Positions 40,503 through 53,038 of a DNA stretch of 64,000 nucleotides are shown one piece after another. Made by a program: the position numbers and the translations under genes. Numbering within the stretch: position 1 is the stretch's first letter; every line of letters begins with the position of its first letter. The notes under the pieces are model-generated. The model worked only from the letters and a program-made list of their open reading frames with translations. It did not search any database and was not told the DNA's origin. The DNA is from Octopus sinensis (taxonomy: Eukaryota), in contig NC_043011.1 in assembly GCF_006345805.1 (NCBI RefSeq), positions 8,122,001 to 8,186,000 of the forward strand, given 5' to 3'.

Positions 40503-40906
40503 AAAACATGGTTTTGATCTCTGAGGACAACCCCAACAGAATTAAATTTATGTCTAATAATTCTAAGATCAAGAATTCTATACACCAGTGTAAAATTTCT
40601 TCCGGTACCGATGTCTACTTCTACATAGGCGCATCCTCTTCCCAGTTATCTAAGAGAATTTCCAATCATTATTTATCATTTAGGGATAGCAGTAAACGCC
40701 ATAGCACAGCGCTAAGTAAATTGGTTTGGCATCTTAAAGACAACAATAAAGATTTTAAGTTAGATTGGTTCATCCTGTCCGTATCTTTTCCTTACGACAA
40801 GGGCAAGGGATTTTGTAACATTTGCAACTCTGAACTCCATATTCTCTTCTCTAAGAATCACCTTGTTAACACACTTATAGAGCGATCTTACAAACGTAAA
40901 CACTAG
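40503..40906 (+). pseudogene. GIY-YIG endonuclease domain, Naiad/Chlamys-like
   Basis: YIGAS..KRISNHYLSF..STALSKLVWHLKD..WFIL..YDKGKGFCNICNSE..KRKH. Confidence 0.8.
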
Positions 40907-41190
40907 CAGAAACATACCTTTAACTCATATAAGTGATTTCGCCAGTCTTGATAGTTTGAACATTTAGTTTAACTTGCACTTTACTTCAATAGAGGAATCT
41001 ACTTCTAAGCCTTTGAACATTTTTTCAACCCTTTATTTGTTCTCTACTTATTATTTCTTTAACCCTTCTCTTCCTACTATCTGCCTTTGACGTCGAATCT
41101 ACTAACGGATTTTTTAAATACTTAATAACGTTCTGTTTATCATTTAGGCAGTCATCGTAATTGTTATAATGCCTTGTTGTTGAGATAGGC

Positions 41191-41286
41191 TCTTTTTCTT
41201 TCCTGATGAGAAGATTGCATTTTACACCGCTTATTCCTTTGGAATACTATCATGTTGTCTTCGAAACATATGTCGAAAGTAAAAGA
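41191..41286 (+). ncRNA. Type I hammerhead ribozyme, canonical core
   Basis: TCTTTTTCTTTC-CTGATGA-GAAGA..TCTTC-GAAA-CATATG-TC-GAAAGTAAAAGA; 11 of 12 bp in helix I. Confidence 0.85.
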
Positions 41287-41471
41287 ATTTTAATAACATC
41301 TTCGTTCAACTCCATTTATTTACTTATAATACTCAAATTACTTCACATTAACCCGGAGTTTCTACCTTTGAATAGGTCGCTTCATCCGTGTTACTTGCGT
41401 GAATTTTGCTACCCTGGTAACTGTTATTGAATTTTCCATGTTAACGGTATACAAAGGATAATTCATTCATC

Positions 41472-41560
<89 letters not shown>

Positions 41561-41809
41561 CACACATATACAAATGTATATGTGTGTGTGTGTGTGTGTT
41601 AATTAGAGGTGGTGACTTCGACGTTTCGGTTTACGACTCTTCGCCGGACTGTTGATCAAGCGAAGTTGAACCGAAATGTAACATAGTTCAACGAAGGCTA
41701 TGTATCCGAACCTTCGAAGTCATTGTCACCCCACTTCGTGTAAACGTATAGTAAATATATTCTCTCTAAAAAACTATTGGTTAATTCTTCAGTTTAATCT
41801 CGCAAGTCG

Positions 41810-42287
41810 GACAATTTGCATAGCCGTACTTCCGCCGGCTCTTCACTCTTTGTGTTCAAATGCCTCCGAGAACGACATTGCCTTTCATCCTTTCGGGGGT
41901 TGATAAAAGAAATACCAGTTGACTACTGGGGTTTAATGTTATCAATTCGTCCCTTTCCACAAAGATTTCGAGTCTTTTACCTGCAGCAGAAAGAAATATA
42001 ACGAATATAACGCAATATTTAGTCAAACACTCATAAAACAGTCATTGTTTCAGCCTTTAGACTGCGGCCATGCTGGATCAACATCTTAAGGATTTAATCG
42101 AATCGACCCTGGTCCTTATTTTTTCCCTCCAATTATTCTATTGATCTCTATTTACCGAACTGCTACGGCATCGCAAACAAAGCAGCACCAGTTGTCGAGT
42201 GGTTGCAGAGGGCAAATACACACACACACACCAAACACACACGCACATATACACACACACAATACTACTACTAATACTACTACTACA

Positions 42288-42360
<73 letters not shown>

Positions 42361-42580
42361 TTTGTAAAGGCCGCTGCTGGTAGGATCGTTAACACGCAGA
42401 GTGAAATGATTAGCGGCATTTCGTCTGTCTTTGTGTTCTGAGTTCATATTCCGCCGAGGTCGAATTTGCCTTACATCCTTTCGGGGTCGATAAATTAAGT
42501 GCCAGTTGAATATCGAGGTAGATGTATTCGACAAATCGTTACCACCCCTAAGCTGCCCTTGTGGCAAAAATTTGAAATAA
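41810..42580. mobile_element. Cluster of degenerate SINEs (B at 41810-41997 +, A tail at 42040-42225 -, B at 42370-42580 +)
   Basis: Family motifs visible. Confidence 0.65.
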
Positions 42581-42834
42581 TTATTATTATATCTGTACAT
42601 CGATTAAAGAAGATAAATTCAATAATAGAAAATAATGCTTGAAATAAGACCAAAATCGTTTCTACGTTCGTTCGTTTTGGCGATGAAAATTTTCAGGAGG
42701 ATCTTCAAGGGATTTTGAATTACATCCCACAAATGTTAAGGAGTACTCTTGCATCCCTGAGCTTTTGAATCGGTGGGACTGAACCCAAAGCCATATGGTT
42801 GGGAAGCAAACTTCTTACCACACTGCTGCGCCAC

Positions 42835-43554
42835 ATACATACATACATACATACATACATACATACATACATACATACATACATGCATACATGCATGCAT
42901 ACATACATACATACTTACATAATACTTACATACATACATACATACATGTATGCATGCATGCATACATACATACTTAATACATACATACTTACATACATAC
43001 ATACTTACATACATACATACATACATACACACACGTACATGCATACATACATACATACATACTTACATACATACATACTTACATACATACATACATACAT
43101 GCATGCATGCATGCATGCATACATAAATACATACATACATACATACATACTTACATACATACATACTTACATACTTACTTACATACATACACACATGCAT
43201 ACATACATACATACATACTTACATACATACATGAATACATACATGCATACATACATACATACTTACATACATACATACATACATATTTACATACATACAT
43301 ACATACATACTTACATATATACATACATACATACATACTTACATACATACATACAGGCATACATACATACATACTTACAATATACATACATACATACATA
43401 CTTACATACATACATACATACTTACATACATACATACATACAGGCATACATACATACATACTTACATACATACATACATACGTACTTACATACATACATA
43501 CAGGCATACATACATACATACTTACAATATATATATACATACATACATACATAC

Positions 43555-43585
<31 letters not shown>

Positions 43586-43586
43586 C

Positions 43587-43617
<31 letters not shown>

Positions 43618-43618
43618 C
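42835..43618. repeat. (TACA)n microsatellite, about 780 bp
   Basis: Direct reading. Confidence 0.97.
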
Positions 43619-44000
43619 AAAAATTCTCTGTTGATGTTGAAATTCCAATGAAGGAGCCTTGGATCTAGGTTAGAAACCGGCTCTTTCTGTATAGGCAAGA
43701 AATCTTGAAATAAAACTGAATAAAGACATGCATATATATATTGTAAATATATTGTAAAGAATTGGAAAATTCCGCCTATTCCCGACTGACTTGATATCTC
43801 TCCAGCCTTATCATTTAAAGTCTAACGGGGGATAGCTCTTTTACCTTTTTTACTTTTCAGTTTTTACATTTTAGTTTCTGCTTTTCGTTTTCCGTTTTTC
43901 GTTTCGGTTTGTTTATCGTCTGCATTTTGTATACGCTGACTTTTCAAGTTTTTAGCGTTTCTTCTATTATTCAATTTCTTTAGTTCTTTATATGTGGTTT

Positions 44001-44053
44001 GCGCCTGAAGAATATGTTTGAACTTTTTCAACATATGAAACTATTTGTAGCTC
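44001..44053 (+). ncRNA. Type I hammerhead candidate in a Penelope-type terminus (about 43740-44150)
   Basis: GCGC-CTGAAGA-ATATGTT(T)GAA(CTTT)TTCAACATAT-GAAA-C(TATTT)G-TA-GCTC. Confidence 0.65.
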
Positions 44054-44199
44054 TTTAATGCATGTATTGTGACCTTTAAATAAATAGTATTTATATCTAA
44101 TCATCAGATGGAGTACTATTTTTGTTGAATTTTATTTACGGATCAGTACATTATACACACAGGCACACACACACACACAAATGCGCGCGCATACATATC

Positions 44200-44441
44200 C
44201 TTTATTTATGAATTAAGGCTACCATTGGTTTCCGACTAAGAAAAGTAGAAAATTATCTTAGTGTCGTAGCAATTAGCGTCGATCACACAGAGAAAAGTGT
44301 TCGCCTCCATTTTGGAAAACAACCTCGAGGCGAACATATTTTTTCGTGTTAACGGCTTGAAAGATTGTTAAGACATTAAAATATTTTTCTACTTTTCTTA
44401 GCGTGAAACCAATGGTAGCCTTAATTCACAAATAAATAAAG
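44200..44441. mobile_element. MITE-like fold-back element
   Basis: About 58-bp TIRs (GAATTAAGGCTACCATTGGTTTC..) and inner IR TGTTCGCCTC/GAGGCGAACA. Confidence 0.65.
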
Positions 44442-44636
44442 AATCTATCCAACAATGCAGTGTTAAGCACTCATTTCATCGTTCGACATTTACGTATACA
44501 CCCCCCACACAAACATACAATCATACATTTATAAAAGCAATAGCAAACTGGCAGATGCTTGTATAAATGTTTTATCTCTCTATCTGCCTATCTATCTATC
44601 TATCTATCTATCTACCTACCTATCTATCTATCTATT

Positions 44637-45061
44637 GCAGACAAATGTGGTAACATATAACAATATTGACCAAGGTTACCGTGGTCTTTTTCGTAGGCTT
44701 TTCTTCCCACGGATAAAACTTACTTGCTTTCCCCTTTACACCATATATCATAACACTGTGATACACGATCCCTATTGATCGTTTTTTTTCCTCTTCCCCT
44801 TTTTCCCCCTTTTTTCTTCTTTTTTCATTTCTTTTTTCTTTTGTTCCTTTTCCTTTTCTTTTTTTTTCTTTTTCTTTTTTATTTTACTTATTTATTTTTT
44901 TTTGTTCTTTTCTTCCCTTTTACGATCCCTCTTGATCGAAAACCTACGCCACCCCTTTTTTTTTGTTTCTTTTGTTTTTTGTTTTTTCATCCCCCAAAAG
45001 AAAAGCTCTACCTTGTAACTTGTCCCATCTGTGTGCAGCCCTGTGTGGCCAATAAAGAAAC
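44637..45061 (+). mobile_element. L1/Tx1-type LINE 3'UTR fragment
   Basis: Ends GTGTGCAGCCCTGTGTGGCCAATAAAGAAAC, then (TATC)n. Confidence 0.8.
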
Positions 45062-45078
45062 TTATCTATCTATCTATA

Positions 45079-45145
<67 letters not shown>

Positions 45146-45158
45146 TTATCTATCTATC

Positions 45159-48100
45159 ACGGGGATGCAAATGCCTCAGAGACCTGCTCAGACGCTTTCA
45201 ACTGTCTGACAGGTTCCGACTAGACCACCCGAATGCGCCAACGTGGACATGGAGCAACCGCATCGGGTCGTCGAGATCGTATCTAGATAGGATACTGTGT
45301 AGGACAGTAGACAGAGATAGCATAGGATGTCCACAATTCCACATAGTCAGCTACACGGATCACAAACTTGTGACATGTACGCTAGACTTAGGTAAGACAC
45401 TTAGGCAGGGTCCCGGATACTGGAAACTAAACGCGTCTTTCCCATCGAGACAGGTTTTCAGAGACCGGATTAGCACACTAGTAAAGAGGGCTTTGACGGG
45501 AGCCATCATCAACAAAAAATGGTGGTTGCCCTCAAGAGAGCAGTAAAAGCAGAAGCGATTAGGTACAGCAAAGCACTAGCCATAGATAGAAATAGAGTAG
45601 AGGGTGAGCTAGTTAAGAAGCTAGAAGAGGCAATTAGAAGCGGCATCGCATCCGACGTTTTGGCGGCGGGTTGCCCTCGACCAACACTTCAACGCCAAAC
45701 ACGAAGGATGTGCTGTCAGAGCTAGAATGCGTGCTCTAAGGAACGAAGGTGTTGGAGCCGCGAGAGAGGCCCGGGTGGCAGAGGCGCAACAAGGCAACAA
45801 AGCCACCATTCGGTCACTGGTAGATAAACAGGGGCGCGAATTGCTCGAGCCAAGTAAAATGTGTGAGGCCTTTCAGCAGCATTTTGCCCGACTGTTCGGA
45901 ACGAGTGGAGGGCAAGAACGTAGGGTGGACTTCAGTGCCTACCTACATAGCCTACCACGACTCTCAACAAGAAAGGCAGGGTGCTGCGAAGGTGCCATCA
46001 CGGCGGCGGAAGTGCAGGAATCGATGGTAGAATGCTCGAGGGACAAATCACCGGGTTTGGATGGTCTACCCTACGAGCTTTACAATTGTATGCCAGACTT
46101 GTTTGGAGATCTCTTGGCGGCGGTGTACTGCAACTGGCAGCAAAACGGGAGCATTCCTGGTTTTGTGAGCCGAGGAGCCGTAACACTGCTGAAGAAAGAT
46201 CTAAACAAGGGAAATATAATAGATAAATTTAGGCCCATCACTCTGCTTAATGCAGACTTGAAAATTTTGGCCAAGGTGCTAGCCAAGAGGTTGGCGCTTG
46301 TTATCGAGAACCTGGTCGACAAGGCGCAAACATGCGCCGTGCCAGGCCGGACCATCCATGACAACCTCCACCTGATGCGCTACATCATAGACAGGGTAGT
46401 TAACGAACCTGGCATGGGTGGGGCGCTGATCAATTTGGATCAATCGAAAGCTTTCGATAGGGTGGACCATCGATACTTGGAGGCGGTCCTCGGAGCGGCT
46501 GGCTTCGGTCCCGTCTTCTGCGGCTGGATAGCCGCTTTGTACAGAGGCATCCGTTCGGTAATTCGCATGAATGGACATCTATCGAGACCCTTCGACATCG
46601 CACGTTCGGTCCGTCAGGGATGCCCCCTCTCGTCGCTTCTATACGTATTGACTCTCGAGCCATTATTGCGGAAGCTGGCAACCTTGAGAGGCATCCCGCG
46701 AGAACTGGGATGCGGGACGAGCGTGTCTGCATACGCGGACGACGTCACCGTCATAGTGTCTAGCCACGAGCACATCGAGCAGGTCGGCGAGACACTGAAA
46801 AACTACGAAGCGGTGACAGGAGCGAAAATCAACCGGGAAAAGTCAGTGGGCTTGCGACTAGGCACCTGGAGAAGCAAGCCCATGCCGTCCACCAGCGCCT
46901 CCGTCGTGGGACGCTGGACCGACGGCCCGGTTGAGTTGCTCGGGGTCTGGTTTGGTCCGGACCTCCAAGTGGAGAAGAACTGGAACGACGATAACGAGTA
47001 GGGTGGTCACTCTCGCCCGGCAATGGGCCGAGAGGAAAACTGTCCCTAAAAGGTCGGGCGGAGGTGGCGAACACGTACATCGCGTCCGTCATCTACTACC
47101 GCCTGACCGCGACCTTGTCCCGACCCTACCATCACCAAACTACAACGCATTCTCTTTCGCTTCTTGTGGAAAGGATGCGTCCCGATGGTCAGGCAATCCA
47201 TTTGCTGTCAACCACCCTTAAAAGGAGGGCTGGGCATGCCGTGGTTGATGATGCGCAGACACGCGCTGAGACTGCGACATCTCTGGCTCTATGTAGACGA
47301 CGGTGAACAGGTGTGGTCGCCGTTTGTGAAGCACGCTTTCCCGCAGCTCGTCTCCATGACCAAACTGCAGTCGTGGATCAAAAAGAGGCCGAGGAAGGGC
47401 GAATGGCACCGCGAGTGTCGCGTTGCTCTCAAGCAACTCTGCCGTCCTGGGTCGACCTTGAGTGACTTCATCACAACCAAAGCATTCTATAGGGGTTTAG
47501 TGGAGGGGAGGTACGACGACGAGCTCGGGGCGAACCTGGACGTCGACGAGGAGTACCTGACCCGCCTGTTCAGGACGACTTTCGGGCCAGGGCCCATGGA
47601 CAACTTCCAGAGATCCCTATCCTGGCAGTGCTACCGAGAAGCGCTACCCGTTCGGGATAAGCTCTACAGACACGGCTCGAGAAACACGGGGCCGACCTGC
47701 CCGAGATGCGGTCAGAGCGACGAAACCGTTCTGCACGCACTCGTGCAGTGTCCAACAATTTCCGACCTGTGGGCTTATGTCGAACAACTGCTGTCACGTG
47801 TGGGACGAGTCGGTTTATCAGCTGAGTCTATCGTCAATATTGTCACGCCTCCTTCCTTCAAACGGGAAGGAAGAGCTATTTTCATCATCCTTGTGGCTAT
47901 GGCGAAAGAATGTATCTGGTGGACGCGTCTGAAAGGATTGGAGACAAACACTTTCCTCTCTGGTCAATCTCTCATCAACTTCTTCAAGTACCACTTGAAA
48001 AGAAAGTGAGAGTAGAGAGGCAAGTTTTGTCTAGCGAATGTTTTAAAAAAAGATGGGTGAATGTAGCAAGAATGGCACGTATGAATGACGAAGCCACCTT

Positions 48101-48483
48101 GAGCATGATCCTATGAACCCAGAAATTGAAAACAGAGAGTTGCTTATTCGCAAAAAAAAAAAAAAAAGAAATATAACATGTGATCATTGACCGAGGTTAC
48201 CGTGGTCTTTGCCGTAGGCTTTTCTTTCCACGGGTAAACCTCACCTGTCCTCCCCTTTACACTTCATATTGACATTTGTGATAACGATCCCTATTGATCA
48301 ATTTTTTTTTTTCCTATCCCCCTTTTTTTTAACCCCCTTTTTTTTGTCCTCTTTCTCTCCTTTTACGATCCCTTTTGATCGAAACTCCCCCTTCCTTTTT
48401 TTTCTTTTTAAACCTTCAAAAGAAAAGCTCTACCTTGTAATTTGTTCTATCTGTGTGCAGCCCTGTGTGGCTAATAAAGAAAC
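45159..48483 (+). mobile_element. L1/Tx1-type LINE, 5'-truncated ORF2 (APE end, RT, CCHC knuckle) plus 3'UTR
   Basis: TWTW..SYLDRIL..TDHKLV; [11 protein letters not shown]; FRPITLLNADLKILAKVLAKRL; RQGCPLS; YADD; CPRCGQSDETVLHALVQC; several frameshifts. Confidence 0.95.
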
Positions 48484-48501
48484 ATATCTATCTAACTATC
48501 C

Positions 48502-48898
48502 ACCAAGGTTACCGTGGTCTTTTTCGTAGGCTTTTCTTCCCACGGATAAACCTTACTTGCTTTCCCCTTTACACCATATATCATAACACTGTGATACACG
48601 ATCCCTATTGATCGTTTTTTTTTTTTCTCTTCCCCTTTTTTTTCCCCTTATTTCTTCTTTTTTCATTTCTCTTTTCTTTTGTTCCTTTTCCCTTTCTTTT
48701 TTTTCTTTTTTTTTTCTTTTATTCTTTTTATTTTTTATTCTATTTATTTTCTTCATTTTTTTTTGTTCTTTTCTTCCCTTTTACGATCCCTCTTGATCGA
48801 AAGCCTACGCCACCCCCTTTTTTTCATCCCCCAAAAGAAAAGCTCTACCTTGTAACTTGTCCCATCTGTGTGCAGCCCTGTGTGGCCAATAAAGAAAC
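48502..48898 (+). mobile_element. L1/Tx1-type LINE 3'UTR fragment, closest to 44637-45061
   Basis: Same diagnostic sequence, then (TATC)n. Confidence 0.8.
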
Positions 48899-48912
48899 TT
48901 ATCTATCCATCC

Positions 48913-48981
<69 letters not shown>

Positions 48982-49524
48982 CACACACATACACACAAAC
49001 ACACAGACATATATATTTGCATGTATGTATGTATATAGACATACACATAGACACATGCGTTCTTTGACACACACACACACACATCCATACATTCACACTC
49101 CTCCCTCTCTCTCTCTCTCTCTGCCTCATTACTAAACTGTAGTAAGAGTGCATAAATTGCCATTATGCAACGAAATACAACCGAGTGCAATCGGCTGAAG
49201 ACGGTGCACTCAAATCAAATAACATATTTCCTTGCTACAACATCCTTTAACCTTAATGCATTTTGACATTTTATATTCCTCATATCCGCCCCTTGGTGGG
49301 ATTATTTTACTAATTTATTTATTTCTTATATTTGTTGTTGTGGTTGTTATTATTATTATCATCATCATCATCTTCATCATCATCATCATTACTGTTATTA
49401 TTATTATTACTGTTATTCTTCTTCTTCTTCTTCTTCTTCTTCCTTCTTCTTCTTCTTCTTCTTCTTCTTATATTATTATTCATTATTATTATTCTTATAT
49501 TTATTATTATTATTATTATTATTA

Positions 49525-49555
<31 letters not shown>

Positions 49556-49581
49556 TTCATCATCATTATATTATATTATTA

Positions 49582-49612
<31 letters not shown>

Positions 49613-49937
49613 TTCAACACATGGAAGTTAAGGAGATATAACCGCCAGCCAGTGAGTGTCAATGCTGCTGTAACTGATGCTGGTGCTGTTGCTTGTGATA
49701 ACGATGATGATGATGATGATGATGATTGCATCAATTTCGTGGCTTTGTTGTTGTTGTTGTTGTTGCTGTTGTTGATGCTGCGATTTTAATCATTGGTGTC
49801 TTTGTGACTATCATTAGTGATGTTGGCCTCGAATGTATTCTGATGGTTAAAACGAGGTGGTGCTGTAAGTGATGGTGGTGGTGGCGGCGGCGATGGTAGG
49901 CGCGCCTATGTATATATATATGTATATATAATATATA

Positions 49938-49989
<52 letters not shown>

Positions 49990-50304
49990 ATATATAATAT
50001 ATATATATGTATGTATGTATGTTGTGTTTTGTGTGTTCCGTTTCACTCTTGAGCTGTGGCCATGCTGGGGCACCGCCATCTTTTATTTCTTACTTGTTTC
50101 AATCATTGTACTTCGGCCATGCTAGGGCACCACCTGGGATAAATTGACTCCAGAACATTTTGCCTTTTTGATTTTGTAAAATCTGGTACTTATATTAGAT
50201 GGGACTTTTTTGAGCGAATCGCTAATTTATGGGGGAGTAAACAAACCAGCACCGGTTGACAAGTTTTGGTGGGGTAGAATAGTACACACACGTTATTTTT
50301 TTAG

Positions 50305-50977
50305 AATATTCTCGAATTTGTGGGAATTCCGGATTTGAAGAAACCAGATAAGAATATTCTCGAATTTGTGCGAATTCCGGATTTGAAGAAAGCAGATAAG
50401 AATATTCTCGAATTTGTGGGAATTCCGGATTTGAAGAAACCAGATAAGAATATTGTCGAATTTGTGGGAATTCCGGATTTGAAGAAATCAGATAAGAATA
50501 TTGTCGAATTTGTGGGAATTCCGGATTTGAAGAAACCAGATAAGAATATTGTCGAATTTGTGGGAATTCCGGATTTGAAGAAACCGGATAAGAATATTGT
50601 CGAATTTGTGGGAATTCCGGATTTGAAGAAACCAGATAAGAATATTGTCGAATTTGTGGGAATTCCGGATTTGAAGAAACCGGATAAGAATATTGTCGAA
50701 TTTGTGGGAATTCCGGATTGAAGAAGAAACCAGATAAGAATATGTCGAATTTGTGGGAATTCCGGATTTGAGGAAACCGGATAAGAATATTGTCGAATTT
50801 GTGGGAATTCCGGATTTGAAGAAACCAGATAAGAATATTGTCGAATTTGTGGGAATTCCGGATTTGAAGAAACCGGATAAGAATATTGTCGAATTTGTGG
50901 GAATTCCGGATTTGAAGAAACCAGATAAGAATATTGTCGAATTTGTGGGAATTCCGGATTTGAGGAAACCGGATAAG
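50305..50977. repeat. 48-bp minisatellite, 14 units
   Basis: AATATT(C/G)TCGAATTTGTGGGAATTCCGGATTTGAAGAAACC(A/G)GATAAG. Confidence 0.97.
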
Positions 50978-51190
50978 AGGTCTGTTAGTGTGGTGTACAT
51001 GTAAACGAGCAATGGCAAAGGAAATCTATGCGCCAATTCATAATATTCAGTGAAACACTAAAACGAGACCGATTTACATCGTCTCCTTTCTGATATGCAC
51101 CAAAAATGAATAGATAAATAAATAGATGAATAAATAAATAAACAAATAAACAAACAAACAAGCAAACAAACAAACATATAGAGCTTTGTA

Positions 51191-51413
51191 AAGGTCATCG
51201 AATTCGTGACCTTATATAACTACGCAGGTCACAGACGACTTGCATAAATTTACAGTTGCGTTCACCGAAACCAAATTTTGAGATTCTCATTTCCTATTTC
51301 ATATAAGTAGGCAGGTTCCATGCGCATGCGCATTGATGACATAGTTCCCATTTTTCAAATTTAGCTTCTGGCTGATACCGTCGTATCATTTTCATGGAAT
51401 ATATTATTTGCAT
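51191..51413. promoter_or_regulatory. Possible cis-regulatory motif cluster
   Basis: AGGTCA-N9-TGACCT at 51192-51212, TGCGCATGCGCA at 51321-51332, ATTTGCAT at 51406-51413; motif matches only. Confidence 0.25.
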
Positions 51414-51643
51414 TCAAAAGTACTCCTACATCTGGCAATGAGGCAAAATTGGTCAACAGCCATCCCACAATGCACTGGAAATGAGCTGTGAGATTATATA
51501 AGGCAAAATTTATAATTGTAGATGGTAAATTGCAGTATGTATGTATGTATGTATGTATGTATGTATGTATGTATGTATCTATCTATCCATCCATCCATCC
51601 ATGTATGTATGTATGTATGTATGTATGTATGTATGTATGTATG

Positions 51644-51695
<52 letters not shown>

Positions 51696-51987
51696 CATCC
51701 ATCCATCCATCCATCTATCGATCCATGTATGTATGTATCTATGGAAAAGGATGCGTGGCGTTCGATCATATAGTAATATAAATAATATATAAATATATGC
51801 ATATATACATACAAATATGTACATACCTACATATATATGTACATATACATATATGTGTACAGGACACCAAAATAAAAAAAAAAAACGTTGAACACAATGA
51901 GAAAGGAAAGCATAAAAACGAAAACATAAAAACGAACTTTTTCCAAACAACGAAAAAATCAAACAGAGAAACGAGACATGCAACAAG

Positions 51988-52058
51988 AAGAACATTCCTT
52001 TCATCAGTTGTCCCGCAGAGTAGATGGAACAGGGACAACTGATGCAGGGAATGTTCTT
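51988..52058. other. 71-nt hairpin (27-bp arms, 17-nt loop)
   Basis: AAGAACATTCCTTTCATCAGTTGTCCC / GGGACAACTGATGCAGGGAATGTTCTT. Confidence 0.8.
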
Positions 52059-52239
52059 TATACACATATATGCATGTATATATACATGCATATGTAGGTA
52101 TGTACTTATATGTATGTATATATGCATATATTTATATATTATATATATTATATTATATATATATACATTTATATATGCATTGGCAGTGCCTCAGCATGGC
52201 TGCAGCCTCAAGGCTGAAATATATAAAAGAATAAAAGAA

Positions 52240-52273
<34 letters not shown>

Positions 52274-52393
52274 ATGTTTCATCATATCAAAGGGAAATGG
52301 AATTTAATTAAAATAAAAATATTCAATCAAAATTTACATTTCCAGCGGTCTAACGTGCAAAAAAAATTAGTCAAGAAGACTATATATTAGTCA

Positions 52394-52616
52394 TACGATA
52401 TAGTGCATATTTATACACATAAGGAATCCACTTAGCGTGAGATTCAACACATTAGAGAGAACAGCTAGGTTCTATAAACCACAAAAGTAACGGATAAAAT
52501 TCCTGTCGAATTTTATCCGTTATTTTTGTGGTTTACAGAACCTAGCTGTTCTTTCTAATGCGTTAAATTTCATGCAAAGTGGATTCCTTATGTGTATAAA
52601 TATGCACTATATCGTA
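52394..52616. repeat. Long inverted repeat, 109-bp arms, 5-nt spacer
   Basis: Centre AACGGATAAAATTC-CTGTC-GAATTTTATCCGTT. Confidence 0.9.
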
Positions 52617-52643
52617 ACACTATATATATATGTATATATATTA

Positions 52644-52693
<50 letters not shown>

Positions 52694-53038
52694 TACAAGA
52701 GAAAGGAGACCCAAATAGGGGTGCTGCACGTATTAAGTTTGATGGCAGGAGATACAATCCATCCGACAAGCTTCCTCGTAGTTTTACTTCTAGCCAGTGA
52801 CGTAGCAGGGATCACTGACGTAGTAGGGATCAATTTGCTAATCAGGAGGGATATTGTAACTCGAGTCAATAGAAACTGAAATCCGCTCAAGAGTTCACGC
52901 AACGTTACTGAAGCCTGGACATAAAGATGGGGAATCTTTCCTCCGCACTAGATCGACATTGTACATACATACATACATACATACATACATACACACATAC
53001 ATACATGCATTCATCCATGCATATATATATATATACAA

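Noticed and set aside
40503-41085. Selenocysteine recoding, as reported for some Naiad elements
   Set aside because: No in-frame TGA in the GIY-YIG ORF and no SECIS-like motif visible in the 3' region.
41625-41665. Minus-strand CCGGCGAAGAG..GAAACGTC as a hammerhead
   Set aside because: Helices I and II do not pair.
50305-50977. CRISPR array
   Set aside because: Contiguous units with no spacers, no cas genes and a eukaryotic context.
50978-51100. piggyBac-like remnant (IFSETLKRDRF)
   Set aside because: Only one short motif, flanked by stops; needs a profile search to be supportable.
52690-52930. Non-repetitive-looking segment with short ORFs
   Set aside because: No recognisable domain or convincing splice sites in any frame.
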